Below are positions 11,958 to 22,099 of a DNA stretch of 49,351 nucleotides, one piece after another (the stretch's first letter is position 1; each line of letters begins with the position of its first letter). The notes under the pieces are model-generated. The model was not told where the DNA came from, searched no databases, and saw only the letters and a list, made by a program, of their open reading frames with translations. Source of the DNA: Octopus bimaculoides (Eukaryota); contig NC_068985.1 in NCBI RefSeq assembly GCF_001194135.2, forward strand, positions 15,255,750 to 15,305,100, in the 5' to 3' direction. The position numbers and the translations under genes are program-made.

Positions 11958-13397
11958 TATTGATGACGTCATAAGAATTTATAAACTTTCGAGAGAACGT
12001 GAAACAATTATTTTTAGGAATAGTGGGTCTCGAAGTACGCAAAGCTATAAAAACCGAAGGATTTCCATNNNNNNNNNNNNNNNNNNNNNNNNNNNNNNNN
12101 NNNNNNNNNNNNNNNNNNNNNNNNNNNNNNNNNNNNNNNNNNNNNNNNNNNNNNNNNNNNNNNNNNNNNNNNNNNNNNNNNNNNNNNNNNNNNNNNNNNN
12201 NNNNNNNNNNNNNNNNNNNNNNNNNNNNNNNNNNNNNNNNNNNNNNNNNNNNNNNNNNNNNNNNNNNNNNNNNNNNNNNNNNNNNNNNNNNNNNNNNNNN
12301 NNNNNNNNNNNNNNNNNNNNNNNNNNNNNNNNNNNNNNNNNNNNNNNNNNNNNNNNNNNNNNNNNNNNNNNNNNNNNNNNNNNNNNNNNNNNNNNNNNNN
12401 NNNNNNNNNNNNNNNNNNNNNNNNNNNNNNNNNNNNNNNNNNNNNNNNNNNNNNNNNNNNNNNNNNNNNNNNNNNNNNNNNNNNNNNNNNNNNNNNNNNN
12501 NNNNNNNNNNNNNNNNNNNNNNNNNNNNNNNNNNNNNNNNNNNNNNNNNNNNNNNNNNNNNNNNNNNNNNNNNNNNNNNNNNNNNNNNNNNNNNNNNNNN
12601 NNNNNNNNNNNNNNNNNNNNNNNNNNNNNNNNNNNNNNNNNNNNNNNNNNNNNNNNNNNNNNNNNNNNNNNNNNNNNNNNNNNNNNNNNNNNNNNNNNNN
12701 NNNNNNNNNNNNNNNNNNNNNNNNNNNNNNNNNNNNNNNNNNNNNNNNNNNNNNNNNNNNNNNNNNNNNNNNNNNNNNNNNNNNNNNNNNNNNNNNNNNN
12801 NNNNNNNNNNNNNNNNNNNNNNNNNNNNNNNNNNNNNNNNNNNNNNNNNNNNNNNNNNNNNNNNNATATATATAAAATAATTGTAGAGATCGTACTTATT
12901 ACATACTATGCGTGTAAGTATGGCGAACAAATGGTTTCTTGTATATTTGTTTGTCAGATCAGTGAAAATATGTACAAATTCAGTTGATATATTTGTCGAC
13001 TAAAAATGCTTCTAGAACAGTTCTCTCACACCAGAACTGTTCTAACACTGATTTTGCTGGATAAAACTGGTTACATGTAATACAGTATCGTTGTGAACCT
13101 CTTAGCAAGTCTATTTATACACATAAAGAAATACAGGGCAGAATTTCCCGTCTCTTATGCAAACTGTTACATTGTCCAATGAATTCTTATCTTTAAAAGA
13201 CAGTAGCATGTAATCTGAGGGATATGCGGATGCTTTTTTTAGCAGACCAAGACACTGCCTAGAGGTTCCTATTTCGACTCGTTCTTGCTCACGTTTTGCC
13301 AATTGTGTTACGGAACTCCATGAAATTAAGACTCTGTTGGTAATGGAAACTCTGTTTCGAAGTAGATAGAAATATAATCATGAATATATAGCTTTCT

Positions 13398-13600
13398 TTT
13401 ATCTTTTCTTTTACTTGTTTCAGTCATTAGACTGCGGCCATGCTGGGGCACCCTCTTGATGAATTTTTAGTCGAATAAATCGACCCCAGTACTTTTTTTT
13501 AGCCTGGTGCTTATTCTATCGATCTCTGTGCTGAACAGCTAAGTTACGGAGACGTAAGCACACCAACAGGCACAAGCACACACACACACACACATATTCA
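13398..13600 (-). mobile_element. SINE B 3' half
   Basis: Tail hairpin and body up to the microsatellite. Confidence 0.82.
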
Positions 13601-14529
13601 TATATATATATATGTGTGTGTGTGTGTATGTATATATATATATATATATATATNNNNNNNNNNAAATAGCGGTCAAATCTTGACTCTAAACCACAATAAA
13701 TGTTCATATAGCACAAGGAGCGAAGACGAAGACAAAATAAACTAGTAAAAGTACTGGATAATTCCAGATCCCGGATTTTTGGCTTTGCATAATAAATGCT
13801 TTGCCTTCATCAGTGGAAATACACTCAGAAAAGCACATAAATACAAATATATATATATAAACATACAATATACTTACATATACGAACGTATACATACATA
13901 TATATGCACGTATGCACACGACCAGTTTAAATTGCCCGCCTAAAAACTCCTCGTGCGATATGGTCAGAATATCAACCGCCGTAAATATAATGACAGAATA
14001 AATTTATATAAATAAGTATAAGATCGATATTTAAAATATTATTTAAAATATTGATTTTATCAAGTGGCCAGCTTGGGAATAAAAAACATCAAAGGTAACA
14101 ATTATTTTAAATTATAATATAGGGTATCTAAGAGATACCGCCACGCTGAAAATAGCAGTCAAATCTTGACTCTAAACCACAATAAATGTTCATATAGCAC
14201 AAAGAGCGAAGACGAAAACGAAATAAACTAGTAAAAGTACTATTGTGGTTTAGAGTCAAGATTTGACTGCTATTTTCAGCGTGGCGGTATCTCTTAGATA
14301 CCCTATATTATAANNNNNNNNNNNNNNNNNNNNNNNNNNNNNNNNNNNNNNNNNNNNNNNNNNNNNNNNNNNNNNNNNNNNNNNNNNNNNNNNNNNNNNN
14401 NNNNNNNNNNNNNNNNNNNNNNNNNNNNNNNNNNNNNNNNNNNNNNNNNNNNNNNNNNNNNNNNNNNNNNNNNNNNNNNNNNNNNNNNNNNNNATATATA
14501 TATGCATATGCATACATACATACATATAT

Positions 14530-14680
14530 ATGACAGGTTTTTTTCAGATTCCGCCAACCAAATCCACTCACAAGGCTTAAGTTGGCCCGAGGCAAAAGTA
14601 GAAGACATTTGCCAAAGGTGCCACGCAGTAGGACTTCCCACGTGGTTGAAAGCAAGTTTCTTACCACACAGCCACGCCTG
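14530..14680 (-). mobile_element. SINE B 5' half
   Basis: Head and CORE-like part. Confidence 0.82.
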
Positions 14681-15311
14681 CTTCTCCACAAGATGTCAAA
14701 AACTTTTTCCACCTTCAAGAGCAAACTGTTAGAAAGTAGTTAAGCTAACTACCCTAATGTAGAGTTAGGTCATACAAGTAACTTACCTATGTATTTTTAT
14801 ATAATATTGGTTTCTTAAGTTGATTTACATGTATAATATAGCTAATAACTTTGTCAACGAAGGCAGTTCTTCGTAAAGCAACAGTCCATCGTCACATAAT
14901 TATCTTTGTGGAAACTGTAAGTAAAATCCAGGTCTAATCATTGGACTCAAACTCCTTCCATGTTCGTTCATTAAATAATAACATAAAGTATCTTAAAATT
15001 TCAAATAATATTATTGTTTGAAAGTCGATAGTTGGATTCGAAATATGCATCAGTTATGAAAAAAGAAAATAGCATACAACAAAGCGCGTGATGACGTAGT
15101 TTATTCCAAGGTCGACCTGGAACAGAATGTCTATATTATTAAAAAATATAAAACGCGTAATTATCCAGTGAATTTCTGCAGCAGATAATTGAGTACATCA
15201 CGAAAATTACTTTATATAAAAATGATTCCGATTTAGTTGTGAATATGGTCCATTATGTAGATGTTACGCTGTTTAAAGATAGATAGAACTGATACTCGAA
15301 TGTTAAGAGCA

Positions 15312-15662
15312 GTCTTAAACATATCTTGAGAGCTCATCCCACCACGAAACGGCTGTATGGAGGGCTTCTGCTTGTTTCCACCATAACAAGGAAAAGGCGC
15401 TTGCGTTTTGTGGGGATATTGCTGGCAAGTGAGCTACCGTTATGGATGCCAAAGCATGGTCGTACTCGAGAAGGTCGTCTGAACACAACGTGTGTGGATT
15501 TACTCCCCAGAGACACTGGATTCCTCCTCGAAGACCTTCCTCAAAGCCTAGATGAAGACCTTCCTCGAAGACCTTCCGCAAGACCTAGATGAATGGCGTA
15601 TGCCGGTTAAAAATTTCCGAGCAAGCTTGACCAGATGATGATGGTGATGATGGTGGTGATGT
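15312..15662 (+). mobile_element. RTE-clade LINE 3' fragment
   Basis: LNIS.RAHPT..LYG..RKRRLRFVG..LWMPKHG..GR..DTG..EW followed by a (GAT)n tail. Small internal duplication at about 15527-15595. Confidence 0.75.
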
Positions 15663-15869
15663 AGATGTTTCATAATTTGTATATTGACAAAGGGATTATG
15701 ACATAACAGCAGAAGTTGGGGACCGCCCACCCGGCCCCTTAGTTTGCTTCTTCGTAACTATCTTTAAAATGTATATTTTCAATGTCATATTCCAGAAATA
15801 CATTTTAGATGACAAAAATTATTAATAAGTCGGAAAAGCTTGTAACTGTTTCTGTCGAACACCAAGAAT

Positions 15870-15956
15870 GTCACCAGGGTAGCCGAGTGGTCTTACGCAC
15901 TGAGTTTTAGTTGCAACCAGGTTATCTTGGCGTGGGTTCCAGTGCCACTTCTGACA
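15870..15956 (+). pseudogene. Decayed type-II tRNA (tRNA-Leu-like) pseudogene
   Basis: GTCA..TAGCCGAGTGGTCT..GCGTGGGTTCCAGTGCCACTTCTGACA follows the eukaryotic tRNA-Leu pattern. The long variable arm CAGG-TTAT-CTTG is in the correct register. Anticodon stem and T-loop are damaged and the acceptor has a 3-nt insertion. Confidence 0.75.
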
Positions 15957-16097
15957 AGAAACATTTAAGTTTGCCTCATTTAAAATTCTATTTCTAATGT
16001 CAAATTATCATGTGAATAGCATTTCAAAACCTCTTCAGGTAACAAAGAAATTAATTATAAGTCTAGTTATACGTCGATATTAGTTAATATTCGAAAG

Positions 16098-16446
16098 CAG
16101 TGATTCTCAACTAGGCTCCATATGGCCTCTGAGAATCCATATAAGATTTTGGGGTCCACGCAACAAGATAGTAAATTAGGGATTCACAATAGTATTTTAA
16201 GGGCCATGGAAAAAATTTTGTTTTAGATATATGTATTGGTATGTATTGGTATGTATTGCAAGAAACAGTTAGGTTTCTTTCTCTAACATTTTACATAGTT
16301 CAACCTACACAAGTTAATGTGTGAAAACATTAATAAACAACACTCTATAAAACTAGCGTTAAGACACCGAATGGCCACGAGGATCCACCAGAGTACAATA
16401 GTAATCAAAGGGGTCCATAGATTAAAAAAATGGTTGAGAATCCCTG
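16098..16446. mobile_element. hAT (Charlie-like) MITE, copy 1
   Basis: TIRs CAGTGATTCTCAAC / GTTGAGAATCCCTG. Degraded 8-bp TSD ttcgaaag/gtctaaat. Homologous to 46492-46819. Confidence 0.8.
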
Positions 16447-16512
16447 GTCTAAATCAACATTACGACAGATTTCCACTGTGACACTACTATAAACAGTGTA
16501 TAAATATGCTTT

Positions 16513-16849
16513 GTGGAGGCGCAATGGCCCAGTAGTTAGGNNNNNNNNNNTTATTGAGCGAAAACACCTAAAGCCCCACGAGGCTCCGGCAGGGTATAGT
16601 GGCGAACCCTGCTGTACTCTTTCACCACAACTTTCTCTCACTCTTACTTCCTGTTTTTGTTGTGCCTGTAATTCAAAGGGTCAGCCTTGTCACACTGTGT
16701 CACGCTGAATATCCCCGAGAACTACGTTAAGGGTACACATGTCTGTGGAGTGCTCAGCCACTTGCACGTTAATTTCACGAGCAGGCTGTTCCGTTGATCG
16801 GATCAACTGGAACCCTCGACGTCGTAAGCGACGGAGTGCCGACAACAAC
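16513..16849 (+). mobile_element. SINE C copy 1 (tRNA head, (CAA)n tail)
   Basis: 11-bp TSD AAATATGCTTT at 16502-16512 and 16850-16860. Nearly identical to 46088-46446. A small N-gap hides part of the head. Confidence 0.9.
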
Positions 16850-17088
16850 AAATATGCTTTGCTTTCGTGTTTTTTCTTTTTTACCATTTTAAATGTTTCT
16901 TACTGCAACTTGTGTTTGGATAGATTTCTTTAGCTCAGGGAATTTAGATGTACAATCAATTTTCTCATATCCATGAACAATATTTAGTTGCCAACTTTAG
17001 TATTGTCTGAATAACCAGTTACTAATATGCCATTGATTCAACTTAATATATTATATGGATTTAGTTTTGGCGGCAATTCGGCGTGAGT

Positions 17089-17161
17089 GGGGAATTAGCT
17101 CAAGTGGTAGAGCGCTTGCTTGGCATGCGAGAGGTACCGGGATCGATACCCGGATTCTCCA
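17089..17161 (+). tRNA. tRNA-Ala-GGC: tRNA-Ala with GGC anticodon (G34 variant), copy 2
   Basis: Same 73-nt body as the other copies, G3:U70 intact, anticodon arm CTTGC-TTGGCAT-GCGAG. T-run terminator at about 17168-17177. Confidence 0.9.
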
Positions 17162-17704
17162 TTTCCATTTTTTTTTACTTTTTAAAGTATTATTCATTCT
17201 TACTTTACAGTACTTTCATGTATTTAAATTCTAACTTGTATTTGCATATGTGTATTTCCATATTCAAACTGCACTAATATAAATTAGTTTTGAAGTTCTA
17301 TACTGTCGTATATTTAATTATTTGTTTATAAAAAGTATCTAACATATAGACGTACTCTACATGCCTACAGATGTATAGATCACGTTGTAATACATAAGTG
17401 TTGTTAATGTAGATATTACAGGCAGAAAATATGGCAATAGAATTTCGTTACATAAACGTAATAACATTACCTTCACCGTTACGGATGAATTACCCAGTAA
17501 AATTTGGGGTTTTAGGAAGTTTTTTTTATTCTGTTACATATCTTTACTTTCTTTCCTAATTTCTATTTCACAATTTCCTGTGGTGGGGGGGGGGTATGCG
17601 TGTGTGTGTGTGTGTGGGAGTAAAACAATGTAATTATTAGTTTATTTGTCAGAGTTCTGTCAGAAAGACAAATGGAATATGTAAGACAAGAGGAAACAAG
17701 TGGG

Positions 17705-17757
17705 ACAGAATGTCATTGAAGAGGTCACAGAATGTCATTGAAGAGGTCACAGAATGT
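17705..17757. repeat. 22-bp minisatellite, ~2.5 units
   Basis: acagaatgtcattgaagaggtc repeated. Confidence 0.85.
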
Positions 17758-18130
17758 GTGACGAAAGTAATTATTATAATTTCATGTGATATGTGAGCCG
17801 TATTCGAGTGAAATCTATCGAATACATTGGAAGACATATTTTGGTTTCTTAATATAATAGCAAGTTTGGTGACTCTTGAAAATTTAAATATATGCTATAA
17901 ACAAATTATTAAATGCAGGTGATTATCTTCTTTCAGGAAACTAAATGTAATATAATACACTAATGAGTCAATCAATCATGCATGCATACATTTTAAAATG
18001 AATTTTATATCGTAATATACTTTGAAACATATGCAAGAATGAAAGAAATTCAGGCTAGCAAAGCAATTTCTAGACACTATTAACATGAATTAACATTACT
18101 TTAACCTGAAAAAAAAACGAAAAAAAGCAA

Positions 18131-18203
18131 TGGAGAATCCAGGTATCGATCCTGGTACCTCTCGCATGCTAAGCGAGCGCTCTACCACTTGAGCTAATTC
18201 CCC
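18131..18203 (-). tRNA. tRNA-Ala-AGC: tRNA-Ala(AGC), copy 3
   Basis: Intact cloverleaf on the minus strand. T-stem CCAGG/CCTGG (A51-U63 instead of G51-C63), C40, T-runs downstream. Confidence 0.96.
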
Positions 18204-18290
18204 GCTTCAACAAAGTTGTGCAAAACTATATTAACATAATATGTAAAATTAAATTTGCATCATGTAAGTGGCAATATTGTGTCAATATTA

Positions 18291-19071
18291 AGGCGGCGAG
18301 CAGGCAAAAATGTTAGCACGCCGGGCGATAATGCTTAGTGGTATTTCGTTTGTCTTTACGTTCTGAGTTCAAATTCCACCAAGGTCGATTTTGCCTTTCA
18401 TCCTTTCGGGGTCGATAAATTAAGTACCAGTTACGCACTGGGGTCGATGTAATCGACTTAATCCCTTCGTCTGTCCTTGTTTGTCCCCTCTATGTTTAGC
18501 CCTTTGTGGGCAATAAAGAAATAAGAAACGTTAGCACGCTGGGCGAAATGCTTAGCGGCACTTCGTTTGTCTTTACGTTCTGAGTTCAAATTCCGCCGAG
18601 GTCGACTTTGCCTTTCATCCNNNNNNNNNNNNNNNNNNNNNNNNNNNNNNNNNNNNNNNNNNNNNNNNNNNNNNNNNNNNNNNNNNNNNNNNNNNNNNNN
18701 NNNNNNNNNNNNNNNNNNNNNNNNNNNNNNNNNNNNNNNNNNNNNNNNNNNNNNNNNNNNNTTCGTTTGTCTTTACGTTCTGAGTTCAAATTCCGCCGAG
18801 GTCGATTGTGCCTTTTATCCTTTTGGGGGTCGATAAATAAGTAGCAGTTGCGTACTGGGATTGATCTAATCGATTTAATCCCTTTGTCTGTCCTTGTTTG
18901 TCCCCTCTATGTTTAGCCCCCTTTGGGCAATGAAGAAATAAATATGAAATGTCGCCGAAGTCAACTTTACCTTTCATCTTTTCCGAGTCGATAAAAATAA
19001 GTACCAGTTAAGAACTGGGGTCGATGGAATTGACTTACCTCTTCTGGCCCTGTGCCAAAAATTTTCAAACC
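18291..19071 (+). mobile_element. Head-to-tail array of SINE A variant copies with an alternative tail
   Basis: Units at 18291-18525, 18526-gap, 18762-18941 and 18951-19071. Confidence 0.85.
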
Positions 19072-19440
19072 ATTCTGACAATATCAAATTCTGCAATTGA
19101 ATACCGTCTGTGGAAAAGAAAACAATGTTCATTGTATTAGCAGTTATTGTAAGAAATATGATATTAATAATAATAATAATAAATGCATACACTGCTAACA
19201 ATATCTCATTTATAAACAAGTTGAAACAAAATATCGAAAACTCATTTAGCCCCAATAAAAATCCATCAGAATCTTCAAAAGAAAATAATTTGTCTTATGT
19301 GAAAAATAGTTTCTTTTGATGGTGTAAACATTCATAGAAAACCTACCGTTGCATAAAAAATATACAAACGTAACATCAAAAAATAAATTATGAAAGATTA
19401 ATATTATTATGTACCAGATATACAACAAAATCGAAAACAT

Positions 19441-19905
19441 TCTATCCATCCATCTTTTTCGTTCAATATTCTTGGGAGGGTAGAATCCCCAGGCACTTCC
19501 TCCATAAGGCCCTATCAGAAGCAACCGTCTCTGCACTTTCCAGATGGATTCCAAAGGATGACCAACTGAGACTTTGGATATTAGCCAACCATCTCATTCT
19601 TAGTCTACCCTTGTCTCCGGCCGGTTTACTCGGCTTGAAGGATCCGTCTTGCGATTCCTTCCTGCAACATTCATATCATATGTTCGGAATACCGGAGCTG
19701 TGACCACTCAATGCTCAGAGGTAGACACTCGACCTGGAGAGACTCCTTGATCTCCGAGCTACGCACCCTATCAAGTAATGTAACTCCCGAGAACCTTCAA
19801 AGGAACCTCTTTTCGACCACTTCTGTTCCCGATCGTACTCTTTCGGTTTAATTCCAGCTTCGTGCCTGGCGCGAAGAAGACCACCAGAGCTTGCGATACG
19901 AAAGA
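19441..19905 (-). mobile_element. RTE-clade (Rex3/Expander-like) LINE 3' fragment
   Basis: Minus frame GVTLLDRVRSSEIKESLQVE..SQLRY..RRILQAE..RMRWL..SWSSFGI..DRALWR. Ends in GATGGATG. Confidence 0.78.
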
Positions 19906-20503
19906 GGCTCAAAAGACCAAGATCGAAAACAATTTTACGCTAAATGACTTTCAGAAGTGAGCTGTGTGGCTATAATCACTAATCTAGCTATTATATATTT
20001 AATACAAGAATTTTTGCTGGAGTTAATTGTGTTTTCATATCTCTTTTTAACTTGTTTATTATGCATGAGGTGTTATTACGTGCAGTGTGCTTGATTTTTT
20101 TAATATTCAACATTATATAAAGTATGTTTTTTGCATATATATATGAAACAAGTTTGAAATAATGGTCATTACATATTATTCCTTTACTGGAGCAAATTTG
20201 GCTTACAGCTGTTTCCAGTAGTCATTATAGGTACATTACTAATAGGTTTGTGTAAAAACCAGTTAGTCTGGAGCCCATCCGCGTAATTACGATACAGAAT
20301 TGTGAAGAACCATAATTTTTAACCCTACCAAAAGATTAAATAGACCTCTTCACTAATCTAAGAAATATTGTAACCTAATTTGTCACATACGCAAAAAGAA
20401 AATCAACGTTTTCAAAGCAATTCATAGAAACTACAACACAATAAAACATGAATTAACAATACTTTCTAACGAAAATGATGGGAAGCAAAAAAAGAAAAAG
20501 GAT

Positions 20504-20576
20504 TGGAGAATCCGGGTATCGATCCCGGTACCTCTCACATGCTAAGCGAGCGCTCTACCACTTGAGCTAATTCCCC
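20504..20576 (-). tRNA. tRNA-Ala-AGC: tRNA-Ala(AGC), copy 4
   Basis: Identical in sequence to copy 1. TTTTT terminator downstream. Confidence 0.97.
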
Positions 20577-20718
20577 AGTGCTGCGGTAAATTTCCAAAGC
20601 TATATATATATGATATGTAAAATGAAATTTACGTCATATATGTAAATAGATGGTTGTTATAGCAATAATTAATTTAGCAGTTGAATATTGCTTACAGGAA
20701 GGCGAAAAGTAATTGTTA

Positions 20719-20756
20719 ATGATAAGCAAACGCTCTACCGCTTCATCTAATTCCCT
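20719..20756 (-). pseudogene. 5'-half remnant of a tRNA-Ala gene
   Basis: Plus-strand atgataagcaaacgctctaccgcttcatctaattccct aligns to the 5' half of copy 6. Its flank (20760-21010) is homologous to the flank of copy 6 (21314-21600). The 3' half is absent. Confidence 0.8.
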
Positions 20757-21059
20757 ACCTGCAAGGATGTGATACGTAGGTATGTAATAAGTACAAATGT
20801 TTTGAAATGAAATTTGTTTATTTATTATACCTCAACAGAATTTCACTGAAAGTCTCCACCATTGGTAGAGAGAGCCTGCGAGGCGCTGAAGAAAAATGAG
20901 GAGATAACTGGGGTTGCAAAAAGGGTGTAGCGATGGATGGCAATGGCCCCTCTATTTTTCAATGGTGCACTTGAGTTTTGACAATAATGTTTAAAAATCG
21001 AATTGAAAACACATAATATGAGTAATCACGTCAAAAACCAAAACAATGTCAAGAAGAAA

Positions 21060-21132
21060 TGGAGAATCCGGGTATCGATCCCAGTACCTCTCACATGCTA
21101 AGCGAGCGCTCTACCACTTGAGCTAATTCCCC
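21060..21132 (-). tRNA. tRNA-Ala-AGC: tRNA-Ala(AGC), copy 5
   Basis: Intact cloverleaf with U50:G64 wobble in the T-stem and U40. Confidence 0.94.
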
Positions 21133-21240
21133 AGTCTTACTCAACTATTTCCAGATAATATATAAAATGAAATTTACGTCACATGTAGATAGATGGTTGT
21201 TGAACAATCTCTTCGAAAACCAAAACAATTTTAGACAAAA

Positions 21241-21313
21241 TGGAGAATCCGGGTATCGAACCCGGTACCTCTCGCATGCTAAGCAAGCGCTCTACCACTT
21301 GAGCTAATACCCC
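21241..21313 (-). tRNA. tRNA-Ala-AGC: tRNA-Ala(AGC), copy 6 (U54 variant)
   Basis: Cloverleaf with T-loop TTCGATA, U5.U68 mismatch in the acceptor stem, U29:G41 and G3:U70 intact. TTTT immediately downstream. Confidence 0.88.
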
Positions 21314-22099
21314 ACCTACGATAGTCTGGGACCTATGTACGTAATAATAAGTAGAAATGTTTTGAAATGAAATTGATTATTTGTTATGCTCCAATAGAAT
21401 TTCAGCGAAATTCTACACCCGTGGATCCCAAAGTGAACGGAACCGCACCCCTGTGGTGGTAGAGAGGGCCAGGGAAGCGTTGAAGAAAAATAGGTGATAA
21501 TGGGGTTGCTAAAAGGGTGTGGCGATGGATGGCAATGTCCCTTCTATTTTTCAATGGTACACTTGAGTTTATAAAATGTCTAAAAATCGAGGTGAAAAAT
21601 ATTGCATAAGAAAACTAGCTTCAAACAAGAACAGAGAACAAAAGGAAAACTTTAAAACTTAACGAAGCCGGTTATAAAATTCCCAAAAGAATTCCGTTCA
21701 AAGACGAAAACATATGACACTGATCAAAAAAAAGTCAACAAAGCAGAATGGACAAATACTAACGAAGAAATAAATGTTTGGCATTGTTAACATTCTTCAT
21801 TACTGCCACTATTTGTAAAAAGACTTTCTGGATGTTTCTACTGCAAGTGTTTGTACTGAACACCAGGTAACGCTACGACCATAGCTTCATCTATACGTTT
21901 CATTATTGTTTTTGCACTATTTATCGAACATCTTTTTATCGGTGTTTGTTATATTATTTTTTTTTATATTAACATTTCTTACTATTACCACTTTATTTGA
22001 AAAACAGAAAACATCAAAACATGCCAATACATAACCAAATTATTCAGATACAATAACCTCATTAGTAACTTTTGACCCCATAATCTTTAAAAACTTTAT

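Noticed and set aside
14112-14313. Perfect 73-bp inverted repeat, plus a direct copy at about 13664-13755
   Set aside because: 100% identity ending exactly at an N-gap is typical of a fold-back or contig-end assembly artefact. It needs long reads before being taken as real.
15548-15730. Poly-His ORF
   Set aside because: It is the antisense reading of the RTE (GAT)n tail.
17083-17277. 64-aa ORF over tRNA copy 2
   Set aside because: GTG-start translation through a tRNA gene.
17705-17757. CRISPR-like repeat spacing
   Set aside because: Adjacent tandem units with no unique spacers, eukaryotic context and no cas genes.
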